Assembly: GCF_006345805.1 (NCBI RefSeq)
Contig: NC_043002.1
Location: 56,792,001-56,856,000, forward strand
Direction of reading: 5' to 3'
Source: Octopus sinensis
Taxonomy: Eukaryota
DNA: 64,000 bases
Shown here: one piece after another, positions 48,901-62,708 of the stretch
How the letters are laid out: the number at the start of each line of letters is the position of its first letter
Position numbering within the stretch: position 1 is the stretch's first letter
The notes under the pieces: generated by a model
Told to the model about the DNA's origin: nothing
Database searches by the model: none
What the model saw: the letters and a program-made list of their open reading frames with translations, nothing else
Position numbers and translations under genes: made by a program

Positions 48901-50947
48901 AGGGCTTGGATATTGCTCCTAATCCTTTAGCATTCAGATTTCTTTGTCAAGTATAATGCTTATTTTATTCACATTGTTTTGAATTAGTCCTGCATTATCT
49001 CATAGCTGTGAGATTTCTGTGATGTGACTCTTTACTTTGGGAATGATATTGTAGGGTAGGTGTAAGATGGTGGATCTGACTGGTTTGAACATAGAGGGGG
49101 GTAGAGTATTTTAGGCTGGATATGGCTGCTTTGAATGCTAAAGGTTTTAAAGAAAAGATGTTTGTAAAGAATGTGTATTGAAAAATTAATTGAAAAGCAG
49201 GGTTGTTTAGTTTGATAAAGTTTCACATTATTTTTTAGGGGAGGGAGAACATAAGAAATTGCTTAACTGTTACTCATATCTTTAATTTCTTAAACTTGGA
49301 ACCAAGTATATACCCAATAGTAAATAAAAGAATCAATTATAAATGAGTCACTAACTTAAAGCCAATATTTCATAAACAGGGTTGAGAAGGGAGTAGAATA
49401 AGTTAAGAGAAAAATATACAAAATTAAAATATTGTCAAATTGCTCCTCTGTTGTTCACAAAACACAGGATTTGTCTAAATCTTGTTCTCAACCATTTTTT
49501 ACCTATGGACCCCTTTGATTCCTATTTTACTTGGATGGACCATCATTTACTTGCAAAAACCAATATCAGGTACAATCTAGAGGAATAATAATGCAGTATT
49601 TCTCTGATAAGCTGTTACTTCTAATTGGCAAATGCATCAATCTAGAGATTAAACCCTTCAGCATTCACATTACCCTGTCAAATCTAATCTTTAGTTACAC
49701 ACATTATTTTGAATTAATCACGCATTATCTCATAGCTTTGACATTTTGATGATGTGATTGTTTATTTTTAGGATGATATTGTAGGGTAGGTGTGAGAGGC
49801 TGGATCTAGCCAGTTTGAACATAAAACAGTTGGGATATCTGGGCTGGATATGGTCGGTTTGAATGCTAAAAAGTTAAAACACCATTTAGAGGATTGATGC
49901 ATAACCTTCAAAATTTAAATTCATAGGTGCAGGTGTGTCTTCGTGGTAAAAGTTTGCTTCCCAACATCCTGGTTCTGAGTTCAGTTCCACTGTGTAGCAC
50001 ATTGGGCAAGTGTCATCTACTATAACCTTGGTCCAACCAAAGCCTTGTGAGTGAATTTGTTACACAGAAACTGACGTATATGTGCATGTCTATATATCTG
50101 TATGACTACCTACCACTGCTTGACAACTGGTGTTGGTTTGTTTACATCCATATAACTTTGTTTGACAAAAGAGACTGATAGAATAAGTAACAGGTTTTAA
50201 TAAAAAAAGAGTACTGGGGTTGATCAACTAAAATCTCTCTGAGGCAGTGCCCCAGCATGGACACAGTCCAATGACTGAAACAAGTAGAAGATAAAGATAA
50301 ATATGTAATGTATGATCAGTTAAAACAATTGTGAAAAGCAACATATTTGAGGTAAAAGCAGAAATGCATAAGTTTCATGAATAGTTTATATGTCTTGATC
50401 AACAGCTGTTTCATTAGGATAAACATCAAAATATATTTTTGTAATCCTACAGCTATAATTATGGGGACAACAGCTTACTTTAAGTTGAATCTCACTTATT
50501 TTGTTGTAGATCAACTATTTGCTGCATTATATAGAAATATCAATACTCTTTGATATTTTATTTCATTCACCTTGTTTTGTCACTGATCTGTTTTAATTTG
50601 ATCACTGACCTTCATATTGCTTAGCAACCTGTATATGCTACAAGTGCTACTCAGTTGGGGTCAGGATTTCATTTCACTAGGATATTCATCTCTTAGATTA
50701 ATACAAAAGAAAGAAGCAGTGTTATTATTGTCTTGATTACAAATGCAAATTTTAAAACCTCCATGATATTATCATTTTGTTGTTTGCTTTATGTGTTGTT
50801 CAAAGTCTCACCCAGAAACCTCAAGCAATAAGTTGCACATTTCAATACAGGAGTAATTTATTATTAAAAATTATATATTGTAGGGAAAAGTGACCAGATT
50901 CTGAGAAGTAAGATTCGTTCAAATTATTATTATTATTATTATTATAT

Positions 50948-51156
50948 CGTCAGCACTGCCAGGCAAAATGCTTAGAGGCATTTCATTTTCTTCTTGTTCT
51001 GAGTTCAAACTCCGCCGAAGTCGACTTTGCCTTTCATCCTTTCAGGGTCAATAAAATAAGTACCAGTTGCACACTGGGGTTGATGTAATCGACTTAACCC
51101 CTCCCCCAAAATTGTTGCCCTAGCGGCAAAATTTTGAAAGCATTATTATTATTATT
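50948..51156 (+). mobile_element. tRNA-derived SINE family B, well-preserved copy (many others, e.g. 3343-3500 minus, 7425-7780, 12085-12290)
   Basis: B-box GAGTTCAAACTCC, central GTCGACTTTGCCTTTCATCCTTTCAGGGTCAATAAAATAAGTACCAG (recalled as Meta-domain-like, unverified), and an (ATT)n tail. Confidence 0.82.
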
Positions 51157-51160
51157 CGTA

Positions 51161-51545
51161 GGCGCAGGAGTGGCTATGTGGTAAGTAGCTTGCTTACCAA
51201 CCACATGGTTCCGGGTTCAGTCCCACTGCGTGGCACCTTGGGCAAGTGTCTTCTACTATAGTCTCTAGCCGACCAAAGCCTTGTGAGTGGATTTGGTGGA
51301 CGGAAACTGAAAGAAGCCCATCATATATATGTATATATATATGTGTGTGTGTGTTTGTCTCCCCAATATCGCTTGACAACCAATGCTGATGTGTTTACGA
51401 CCCTGTAACATAGCGGTTCGGCAAAAGAGACCAATAGAATAAGTACTAGGCTTACAAAGAATAAGTCCTAGGGTCGATTTGCTCGACTAAAAGGTGGTGC
51501 TCCAGCATGGCCGCAGTCAAATGACTGAAACAAGTAAGTAAAGAG
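51161..51545 (+). mobile_element. tRNA-derived SINE family A with an internal TA/GT microsatellite, best copy (others e.g. 25385-25760, 26955-27295, 49924-50300, 52321-52670 minus, 61030-61400)
   Basis: A-box TGGCTATGTGG, B-box GGGTTCAGTCCC, CACCTTGGGCAAGTGTCTT, then a microsatellite after GAAAGAAGCCC, ending ...GACTGAAACAAGTAA. Confidence 0.88.
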
Positions 51546-52740
51546 TGTCTGGTAGAAAGTACTTGACAAACAAAATATATTCTATCTCCAGGATACCAAT
51601 CAAAGGTCAAAGTGCTAATCCTCGATGATATTATTATTACTATTCGGTGACGAATTGGCAAGAGTCATTGACACATCAGACAAAACTGCTTAGTGGCATT
51701 TGTTTCGGCTTGGTACATTCTGAGTTCAAGGCCAACTGTGGTCAGTTTTACTGGTCATCCTTTGGTGTGAAGAGGGGGTCACTAAAATAAAATATTAGTC
51801 AAGTATTGATGCTGATGTAATCAGTTATTCCTCCTTCTTCTAAAACTGCTGGGCTGGTACCAAAATTAGAAACATTAAAGGTAGTGAATTGGCAGGTTTG
51901 TTAGCATGTTGGACAAAATGCTTTGTGGCATATCTTCTTGCCCTTTCCATTCGGAGTTCAAATGCTGCTGAAGTTGACTTTGGCTTTTTAGGGGTTGATA
52001 AAATAAGTACCAGTTGAGCGCTAGGGTTGATGTAATCAACTTCCTCATTCCCTCAAATTTGCAGGCCTAGTACCAAAATTAGAAAGAATTATTATCTGTG
52101 ACCACTGATAGAAAATATTCTGCAAGCATAAGTGCAGGTGTGGCTGTGTGGTAAGAAGCTTGCTTCCCAACCACATGGTTCTGGGTTCAGTCCCACTGCA
52201 TGGCACCTTGGGCAAGTGTCTGCTATTATAGCCTTGGGCCAACCAAAGCCTTGTGAGTGGATTTAGTAGCTGGAAACTGAAAGAAGCCTGTTGTGTCTAT
52301 ATATATATATATATACATATTCTTTTATTCTTTTACTTGTTTGTCATTTGACTGCAGCCATGCTGGAGCACCACCTTTAGTTGAGCAAATTGACCCCAGG
52401 ACTTATTCTTTGTAAGCCTAGTACTTTTTCTATCAGTCTCATTTGCCGAACTGCTAAGTTACAGGGACGTAAACACACCAGCATCGGTTGCCAAGCGATG
52501 TTGGGGGCACAAATACAGACACACACACACACACACTTATATATATACATATGACGGGCTTCTTTCAGTTTCTGTCTACCAAATCCACTCACAAGGCTTT
52601 GGTTGGCCTGTGGCTATAGTAGAAGACATTTGCCCAAGATTCCACACAGTGGGACTGAACCCGTAACCATGTATACAATATATAATATATATATATATAT
52701 ATATAATAAAACTATTAGGGAATATATCCAAATTTACAGG

Positions 52741-52818
52741 ACTGTTAAGTTATGGGGGATGTAAACACACCAACACCAGTTGTCAAGTGATAGTGGGTGG
52801 ACAAACATAGACACACAA

Positions 52819-52854
<36 letters not shown>

Positions 52855-53072
52855 AAATATTATTTGAGACAAAACCACTATTTTGCAAAACAACACAGGA
52901 AAGACTTAATCAATACATAAAATTTATAAATAGTAAAAAATAAAATTAAAAAAATTTAATATTTTTTACTATTTATTAATTTTTTACTTTTTATTTTTTA
53001 CTATTTATTAATTTTATGTATTGATTAAGTCTTTCCTTGTTTGTTTTGCAAAATATGTGTTTTGTCTCAATA

Positions 53073-53121
<49 letters not shown>

Positions 53122-53199
53122 TTGTGTGTCTATGTTTGTCCACCCACTATCACTTGACAACTGGTGTTGGTGTGTTTACATCCCCCATAACTTAACAGT
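52741..53199. repeat. ~460-bp palindrome: AT-rich foldback flanked by (TA)n and identical inverted SINE-A fragments
   Basis: 52741-52827 is the exact reverse complement of 53113-53199. The inner arms (~52853-52945 and ~52985-53080) match with a few differences. Confidence 0.9.
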
Positions 53200-53666
53200 T
53201 TGGCAAAAGAGACTGGTAAAATAAGTACTGGGTTTACAAGGAATAAGTCCTGGGGTTGATTCATTTAACTAAAGATGATGCTCTAGCATGGCCACAGTCA
53301 AATGATTGAAGCAAATAAAAGAGTAAAAGAAACAAAATATGTCTCATCTTCAGGATAGTGATGAAAAAAATCTACTAAATTGTAAAAGCTGTTTAAAAAC
53401 CCATTTCTTTAGACTGATTTCAAGAAATCTGTTAGGACAATCATGTACAATCTTTCAGTTAAATGTTTAATTCAATGAAATAATTATTGCTGTCATCAAT
53501 ATTATTAGAGGCTCAACTGAGAGAAAAATCAACAAATATTAAGTTTGAAAAGTGGGATTAATGGTGTCGAGAGAGTCTGTCGAGTTAAATGCAGGTTTGA
53601 AAGTACATTTAAACACACTCACTCTTTGGATAACCATGTGTGTATATGTATGTTTGTATTTGTATA

Positions 53667-53715
<49 letters not shown>

Positions 53716-54974
53716 ATATATATGTATGTATTGGTATTCCAGCATGATGGCAGCTTTCAAGCTGAAACGAGTTGAAGAGTTTAAGAGATTATGTCTATGT
53801 ATATTTGTGTGTGTGTGTGTGTGTGTGTGTATACACACACACACACACACAATGTATATGTATATATACTTTTACTTGTTTCAGTCATTTGACTGTGGCC
53901 ATGCTGGAGCACCATCTTTAGTCGAACAAATTGACCCCAGAACTTACTCTTTGTAAGCCTAATACTAATTCTGTTAGTATTTTTGCCGAACCACTAAGTT
54001 ATGGGGATGTAAACACACCAGCATTGGTGGGGAGACACATACATATGTATTTGATGGGCTTCTTTCAGTTTATGTCTGCCAACCCTCTCGCAAGGCTTTT
54101 GTCAACCTGAGGCTATAGTAGAAGACACATGCCCAAGGTGCCACGCAGTGGGACTGAACCGGGAACCATGTGGTTGGGAAGCAAGCTTATTACCACACAG
54201 CCACTCCTGTACCTATAGACATTTACCCAATTGCCATGCAGTGGGACTGAACCCAGAACCATGTGGTTGGGAAGCAAGCTTCTTACCACACAGCTACTCC
54301 TGCACCGATAAATCAGTGTATTTGTTTATTATTAATAATCAGTAGAGGTTAGAGAGAGACTTGAGGTTGGGAGTTTCATTCATTGGCACTCATCAAAAGT
54401 TTGATAAATGCCTGCTCTTGAGTCACTTGGTAAATTCTGCAAATTATTATTAGTGAAAAAAGAAAAAAAAAAGTTTACATATTCGTGTTTTGAGTTCATC
54501 ACCAAACCTATATATGAATCTGTATGTGTGGTGTACCTGTAGCTATGTATGCATTTGTACATATCTTATATATTATGTAAATGTGTGTGTGTATATATTG
54601 TGAATATAGATATGTATCATCGTCAATTTAATGTCAACTTTACCATGCTGGCATGGGTCAGATGGAGTTAATTTCTACAGACTGATATCCTTCCTGTTGC
54701 CAACACTCATCTGTTTCCAAGCAAGATATTTTCCCCGTGGTTAGGAATGCTTTCTACAGAGTGTTGGGAGTAAACAACACTGTTTGTATGGCAGGGACAC
54801 TCATTTATGACTGTCATGTGATCTCAAGATCACATGACACAAACATACACAGATGAACACTTATATGCATGCATGTGTATTCGCACATACATGCATACTC
54901 ACATAAGCATACACACACACACACCTGGCTCATTCTATATATGTATATGCTTATCCATATATATAAATCAATAG

Positions 54975-55310
54975 ATTTTAAAACAAGTTCTCCATTCGAA
55001 CTCCTCTATACTGATGACCTTGTTGTTAAAGCTGAAAAAGTAGCAGAATTAGAAAAGAAATTCCTGGTGTGGAATCAAATCTTGGAATTGGAGGGCCTTG
55101 AGTTTAATTTGGAAAATACCACAGTCCTTGTAAGCAGGGAAACAAACCATATGTTTATCCATTCATGAAAATGACTCTTTTTGATTTGTAGGAAAGGTGT
55201 AAGTAGTAATTCCATATGGTGTATTTAGTGCAAACCATGGATACACAATACACGCCATAGAATCACTGGAAGATTAACAGAGAAAGTGGACTTCGATGCA
55301 CAGGGACAAC
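54975..55310 (+). pseudogene. Older RTE RT fragment including a decayed PHD-like segment
   Basis: FKTSSPFELLYTDDLVV...GLEFNLENTTVL, then ICRKGVSSNSIWCI*CKPWIH with stops. Confidence 0.75.
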
Positions 55311-56420
55311 AAACATATGTCCAGGAGGCTCCTTTAAGGTTGTAGGTAATTTATCTAACTCATAGGTGACGAAATTAGCTGTGGGAGAGGATTCTCTGCA
55401 AATATAGTTGCTAAAATAGGATGGGGAAAGTGTCTTAAAGGGTTACTTATTGACCTCACTGGAGCCTTTGCCATGTAAAAAGCATCCGGTGTGCTTTTGT
55501 AAAGTGGGTGGCAGAAGGAAGGACATCCATCCATAGACACCATGCCAAAGCAGACATTGGAGGGCAACACAGCCCTTGGGCAAGTTGGATCATGTTGAAC
55601 CATCCAACTGATCCTGGCATGGAGCAACAGATGTGAAACAGTGATGATGTGTTTGATGATATCTGCATAGAGGTAGATGGAGCTGTGTGATTGAGAAGCT
55701 TGCTTCTGAGACATGTTGTCTCCTGTTCAGTCCCACTGTGTAGCATCTGAAGACAAGTATTGTCCACTGTAGTCCTGGGTCTACCAAAGCCTTGTGAGTA
55801 GATACGGTAGATGGAAACTGAAAGTAGACTCGTGTGTGTGTCCTTGTCCTGACATCACATGATGATCATATCTATGGAGAAACATTTGTAGTCAAGATGG
55901 AAATATTACCTGGGTAAGGGCATCCGACTGTAGTAAAACCTTCATCAAACCTCATCTGATCCATTCAGGCATAGAAACTGGCTGCTGGAATGATGATGAT
56001 GATGATACATACATCATTATACATACATCAGTCATGATGTATGTATAATGACTGAAACAGGTGAAAGAGAAACTATTTATAATATGTATCTTGTGTGTGT
56101 GTAAAAAGTACTCAATCCACTCTGCAAAGTGGTTGATGTTAGGAAGGGCATCCAGCCATAAAAACTATGCCAAAGCAGAGAGTTGGAACTTGGCTAAATC
56201 CTCTAGCTTACCAGCTCCTTACAAATCCTTCAACCCATTCCCAGCATGGAAGATGGACTTTAAATGATGATGAGGATGATGATATATAATATTTCTATGT
56301 ATCATCATCATTGAGCACCCCATTTCCATGCTGGTATGGGTTGAACGGTTTGATAAAACCTGGCAGGTTGCAGGGTCGCTTCAAGCTCATGTATCCAAGT
56401 GTTGTGTGTGTTTATCAATA

Positions 56421-56941
56421 CCTTAGATCCTCGAGTATAATCCGCATTTTCCCCCCACAATTTAAAGGTCAAAATCCCTAGTGCGTACTATACACGAGGT
56501 TAAAAATGAAAAATATTTTCTAAGCAATGTCCGAGTCCCTATTTGTTGTCTGGCAATATTTATTCAGACGCATTTTGTGATGTTGGGTGCGAAAATACCT
56601 TAAGCTAAGCCTGAAAGCAATGAAGTCATAAAAGAATCATCCATAACTTGCAGTAAGCAACATTTATTAAACATTATTACTGTTATTACAGTTATTTCTT
56701 TATTTTCTGCAAACAAAATGCACAAAAAAGCTACACGTTTGCATTATGTTATATATACAATAATAATAAAGGACGTTACCGTATATATTTTTACAAACCA
56801 AGGACATTATATAGACCTCCTTGACTCAAGTTAGAGAAGGGGTGCGTATTATACACAAGGTTTAGGTTTTTCAGAAGTACAGCCCCCTAAAAATCCCCTG
56901 GGTATTATACTCAAGGGCGGACTATACTTGAGGATTTACAG
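56421..56941. mobile_element. pogo/Tc2-like MITE
   Basis: 25-bp TIRs (20/25) and TA on both sides (56419-56420, 56942-56943). Three subterminal copies of G(C/G)GTA(C/T)TATAC(A/T)C(G/A)AGG. Confidence 0.8.
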
Positions 56942-57189
56942 TATTTGCTTTTATGGTAGATTGTATATTAAAGAAGAATCTAACATGAGATGGAAGGATG
57001 ACACAGTACTTTTTAGTAGAGTAGATATTTATTAATTTTTACAAGGAAAGTTTTCACTCATTCATTGTCATCAGTCCTGATGACAAGTATGCCAAAACTT
57101 CAAAGTCACTGTCAACCTTTTCCTTGTAAAAATTAATGTGTGTGTGTGTTTTTAGTTTGCCCTGTCATCATTGACAATGACCAAGGACA

Positions 57190-57470
57190 TCACATAGAAG
57201 ACTGGACACAATGTGTCCACCTGTGGCCAATCAGTCCGATGGATACTTGGAAGGCCCTGCAGGTTGGGCACTTGTGGTCTGTTGGGACTGAAGGCAAGGG
57301 GTTGGCTTTGGACTTGTGTAGTTTGCATTTTCTTTGTGCCTTTGTAATTCTGTTCTGTTTGTAGGTGGTAGCACCTCTGTTAGCGCAACTTTGCCAGGCA
57401 GGGCAGTCTTGTGCTTGTGTTTCCCAGGGGCTGATCCCAAAGCCCTTCATTGAGGCTTTCAGTGTGTCCT
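57190..57470 (-). pseudogene. RTE (BovB-like) ORF C-terminus with terminal C2H2-like finger
   Basis: FGISPWETQAQD..AW...GA..Y...RI..AQRK..L.K...CPTCR.F...IGLIGHRWTH. Confidence 0.78.
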
Positions 57471-60400
57471 TGAAGCCTCACTGAAAAGCTTTGAGGTCAA
57501 TCCCCAATACCTGTTAAACACAAATGCTTCATGTGTATTTTAATGTATTCATATATGTATTACTTACTTAGGTCTGTCATGATCCTTAGGAGTAATAAAG
57601 ATGGAACTTAACCTGGTTTCCATGATATATAAGTGAATGAGATTACCACACTCCCCCTGAATGGGATGCTAGTCCATCACAGGGTTAACTTCCCAAGTAT
57701 TGCTGGAACTCATTTAACTGCTCAGTGGGCTGAAGTAACATGGAATGAAGTGTTTTGCACAGGAATGCAACATAATATCAGGTTGGGGAATTGAAACCAC
57801 AATCTTGTGATCATGAATGCCATAGGCCACATCTTCACATGTATCTGTATACATATAGAAAATACTTGTTTGAATATATATATATATATATACACACAAC
57901 TGATTTATTGTGAGAGGACGGTAATGGAAAGAGTAACAGATAAGATGGATGAGGTTTGTATAAAAGAGTCATTTTTTGCCTCTGAGAGTTCAGCTTCGAG
58001 CCTTTTTTAAAGTCTTTTGCAGTATTTCTTACTTAAAAAGTTACATCCATTTTGGGGTTTGGGCACAACTAATAAAGAAACAATCGATATTTTGACAAGG
58101 GGCCACAACAATTGGTAACATATTCCACTCACTTTGGTAGCCATGGCAGAAAGAGTGCTTTAAAAGGGGGTGGTTAGTGACTGGGACATTCACCCACTCC
58201 TCTCCACCTCGCTCTTGATGCCCCCCTCCCCACAGCTTCTATGATGCTTTCACTGTTCATCCTCTGCTTCACCATCTCTATGACACCTCCAACCTCTTTT
58301 TCTCTCTGACCTACCCCTTTTATGCTCTCTCCTCCTATACTCTCCACTCATATTCACCCTTATAACGTGGGGTAGCACTGGGTTCTCCTGTTCAACCTAC
58401 CCTATCACTTTTATTATTCTGTTCCTATCCTCCTCACTAACCCTTGACACTACCACCACCCTTTCCATTCCCTGCTCCCTCCCCTCACAGTGTCTACCCT
58501 GTTACTCACACAGCCTTATTTCCCTTCCCTTCCTCTCTTCCTTTGATCCTTGGAACTTTTTAGCTTCAGGAGTCACAAAACAACCTCACTAGTACTCTGT
58601 GAAAAAAATACATGCTGCACACTTTGTAAAGGAGGGGTTTGGCAAATTGTATAGAAATAATGCAGGTTTGACAGAACTGTTCAGTATTGCTGGAGACATG
58701 ACAAACTCTCTAGTGCTGGTGTATGAAAGAAATGCTCCTAATTCATACTGTGTATAGTGATTGATGTTAAGAAAGGCTTCCAGCTATAGCAACCAAAACT
58801 AAGACATTGGGGCACGACACAGTCCCTTCTAAGTGTCAGATCCTGATGAACTGTTCCAACCCATACCAACCTAGAAAGGGGACATAAAATGATGTTGAGT
58901 TACCAAAATGATAAAATAAACCGTGGAAGAAGATATTTTCTTCCCCGATGAAACTGAAATGTATTGATTTTTCTTTAGAAATTGTTTGAAAAGGGAGACA
59001 TATTTGAATCAGATAAGAATTGGCAGTTTGCCCCAAAGTGTAAATTGAAGTTGTTCATTTTTAAAACCTCCTGATTTTGTAGCATCTTGAATTAAAGTCA
59101 CTTTTTATTCAGCAGAGTCATGAACTGTTGCTAAATTTTGCTGTGTTGTTTCTGCAGCTCTAAAACCTTCCATTTCCTTCTAATACAGCCAAGAATTCTT
59201 GTCAAACTTTAAGACTGTGAAACATCTCCTTTACTTGTCTACAGTCCAGTATGATTTGCTGCTGTGCCAATGTTAAATCTATTTCTGCCTTTTTTGATAG
59301 ATTTCCTCCTTTCTTTTATTCCTGAAACTTCTATCATAACCCTTTTAGTTTTCAAGCTTATGTATTGATTAGAGAGAGAGAATAAAATCTATTCCTCTAA
59401 TACTTACAAGTATCTACTTAATTTGTGTTCTGTAGCTGTTTTAAATGGATGCTTCTAGTCTCTCTCTCTCTCTCTCTCTCTCATCATCATCATTTTAAAC
59501 ATCCTTTTTCCATACTGGCATCAGCTGGACAAATCTACAGGAGCTGCACCAGGTTCCAGTCTGTTTTGGCATGGTTTCTACAGCTAGATGCCATTCCTAA
59601 TGCCAACCACTTTACAGAGTGTAGTGGGTGATTTTTACATGGCACCATCATCAGTCCTTTTTATGTGGCACCATCACCAGCCTTTTTTCCATGGTACCAG
59701 CACCAACAGGGTCACAAAGTACCTTGGAAGACAAATACTAAATAATATTTTTAGTATGGTACCCTGTGTGAAACAAAAAGATTTTATCATTCAGCACCAA
59801 TTTAAGTCATCAAAATAAATAAAAAAACAACTGACAAATGAATCAAAAGTACTTTTCATAAAATAACACATGATATTCTTCACATAATGAATAGAATTTA
59901 TTCAGGTTTGCTATTGGCTGGCTCTTGTAATGAATTATTAATTATCACTTTATATTAAACGGTTTCGTCTCAAAATAAAATGTCAGTTACTTAAAATTAA
60001 TTACAATAACAATTTGCAATTAATTGTAAATTAAATAATTAGGCAATTCCATTTTGATACATTTCAAACAAAACCTACATCTTAATTACAAGGCAAGGCA
60101 AAAAAACCTCCCATATTTTATGCAGCCAATAACGTTAGCCAGGTGCTAACAATGTCTACATGACATTAATGTTTTACCGTTTCTTCCCGTCCTTTTTCTT
60201 TCTTTACCATTATGGTTTAGACTAATGTATTACACTATTTATCGTAGAAACATCATAAATAGTGAATTTGAATTTTTTTTTTTTTTTGCTGCACTCTATC
60301 TTAATAACTCAGAATTTGTACGAAAGTTGTGTCATTAAAATACTGTTGCTTGCTTATAGAGATTGTGTCATTATAACATGATAATGTTAAGAAGAAATTT

Positions 60401-62368
60401 AAAATGATGTGGCAATAGAGAGTAATATTGTGTAAGAAGAGTTTGAAAAATACTTTAAGATGATGCAGTCCAAGCAGTCGAGTTTCATCATTTTTAAAAC
60501 AAATTTTGACAGTTTGAGAGACCTTAAGGTGTTACAAATAGCTTAGCATTTGTAGCCTGGGGCTATAGTAGAAGACACTTGCCAAAGGTGCCACGTAATA
60601 GGACTGAACCCAGAACCATGTGATTGGGAAGCAATTTTTTTTTTCGTTTGTCTTGCGTCTTATGACTAATAAGGCCAGTTATTCAAAAACCGTCAACCAT
60701 TTCATTTCCATTGTATATGTGACTACCCCTTCAGAGAAGCATAATCCCAGACATCTTACCCAGCCTCTCACACATCTTGGACATTTCACTCTCCTCGCCT
60801 ATCACATTCAGACTGGAAATAACAATGGTTTTCCTGCCCATCTCGATCGTTTTGTCCTTTCTTTTGCTTTATTACTGGTTTCTGTATTCAATTTTGTTCA
60901 TAGTGTGAGATTTTAATAATTAATTCTTTGTTGTGAGTTCACAATATTAGGTCGGCTGCTGCATGGGAAGAAACTATGCATTTGATTTTTCATGTGTTTT
61001 TTTTAACTTGCATCATAAATATTCACAATAGGTGCAGACATGGTTGTGTGGTAAGAAGCTTGCTTCTAAACCTCATGGTTCTGGGTTCAGTCCCACTGTG
61101 TGCCACCCTGGGTAAGGGTCTTCTAACATAGCTTCTGGCTGACCAAAACCTTGTGAGTGGATCTGGTAAATGGAAACTGAAAGAAGCCTGCCATGTATGT
61201 ATGTGTGTGTGTGTGTGTACCACTGCTGCTGGTGTGTTTATGTCCCTGTAACCTAGTGGTTCTGTAAAAGAGACTGATAAAATAAGTACTAGGCTTTAGA
61301 AAAAAATATGCACTGGGGTTGATTCTTTCAACTAAAAGTTCTACAAGGTGGTGTTCCAGCATGGCCACAGTATAATGTCTGAAACAAGTAAAAGATAAAA
61401 GATAAAAAGAATGAATTTGAGATAATGAAATGGTAAGCAAAATAGTTTGGAAGCTTCTGTAATACAATACACAAGGTAATATTATGAAAGTAATTCATAG
61501 TCTTTGAAGATGGAGTCATTAGAAAGAGTTGAAACCACTGCATATAATCAATGTGTGCATGGTCTGACATTACAGCTGAAGGTTGTTGTCTTTTGTTGCA
61601 TATGGCATAAGTATATTAGGTAAGGCAAAGTGAAAGACCAATTCATTGAGCAAAGTCATATTTGTACCATGTGCACTGCTGAGTGGCTCTAGTCTGAGGG
61701 GAGATGCACCAGCTTTTTATTACTGTAAGGAAAGGTTTCGAGAACATTCATTCAAGTTACTTAGCAGAAAACCTTGCATATTTCTTTTGAAGTTCACTGC
61801 ATCAACTATAATAAATCAGCCAGTTCTGATTGGTTGAGCCATATTCACATAGATGTTAATGTTTTTTATGGTGACACAACGCCTTTTACAGCAGTATGGT
61901 AGATTGTAGCCCCAAGCTGGGAAAATCTGAAAACATTGAGCAGGAACTTTGCTACAATTTCTTACAAGATTTCTTTTGTATAGGGCAAAGAGTATCTTTA
62001 TTATTAGATTTCTTTGAACTTGGTACAAATTAAACTTCTTTTTGATTGAATCTGTTTCGGTATATAACTAGTACTTTTATTATGTTATTAATTACCAAAC
62101 TATGCAAGTTTAAGTTAGCAAGAGTGAAATATTTATGCTAAACCTAGGATTGAAACTATGTCACCCTGGTGCATTTATGCAACTCTTCTGCTGTGATATT
62201 CATGCTTTGGGATTAGTGAAAACTAGTAAAAACAAGCAGGACAGGTTTGAATTGCTACAGATCACTTCTTCCGGCCAATGTTTGTACATAAATTCTATAT
62301 TTAAGAGATGAGGAATTATGTACATTATTTACATTTGACGGATATTTGTCCTCATCTTGTTTGTTGTT

Positions 62369-62414
62369 AACACAACATTTCGGCTGATATGCCCTCCAGC
62401 CTTCATAAGGTGTC
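62369..62414 (-). ncRNA. Hammerhead motif, core-mutated copy
   Basis: GACAC CUUAUGA A GGCUG gagggcauau CAGCC GAAA UG UU|GUGUU. Stems I and II are perfect, but G5 is changed to U. Confidence 0.6.
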
Positions 62415-62461
62415 TTGGGGAAATTTTGAACCTGGGTTCTCATTCTTAAGATATATTCCGA

Positions 62462-62492
<31 letters not shown>

Positions 62493-62662
62493 CCCACGGG
62501 CATATGGCATAGTGGTTAAGAGCAAGGGCTACTAACCCCAAGATTCTGAGTTCGATTCCAAGCAGTGACCTGAATAATAATAATAATAATAATAGTAATA
62601 ATAACAACAACAATATCAAAAAATACCTTAGGAATGAGAACCCATGTTTAAAATTTCTCTAA

Positions 62663-62708
62663 GACACCTGATGAAGGCTGGAGGGTAAACCAGCCGAAAA
62701 GCTGTGTT
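62663..62708 (+). ncRNA. Hammerhead motif, cleavage-site-mutated copy
   Basis: GACAC CUGAUGA A GGCUG gaggguaaac CAGCC GAAA AG CU|GUGUU. The CUGAUGA/GAAA core and stems I and II are perfect, but U16.1 is changed to C. Confidence 0.6.

Larger units (their letters stand above)
61..59710. repeat. Dispersed RTE-type 3'-end fragments ending in (GAT)n, roughly 25-30 copies by eye, both strands
   Basis: Shared GTGGTTGGCATTAGGAAGGGCATCCAGCTGTAGAAA...CCAACCCATGCCAGCATGGAAA...GATGATGAT, e.g. 8300-8640, 13310-13570, 22190-22435, 26010-26195, 29560-29900, 59480-59710. Confidence 0.88.

Noticed and set aside
58033-58068. Candidate 36-nt minus-strand exon (TTTCTTTATTAG|...|GTAAGA, VPKPQNGCNFL)
   Set aside because: Splice signals are plausible, but it is isolated with no partner exons or homology. 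Expected by chance in 64 kb.
58950-59340. Minus-strand coding-like sequence with several stops
   Set aside because: No continuous frame and no family recognised.
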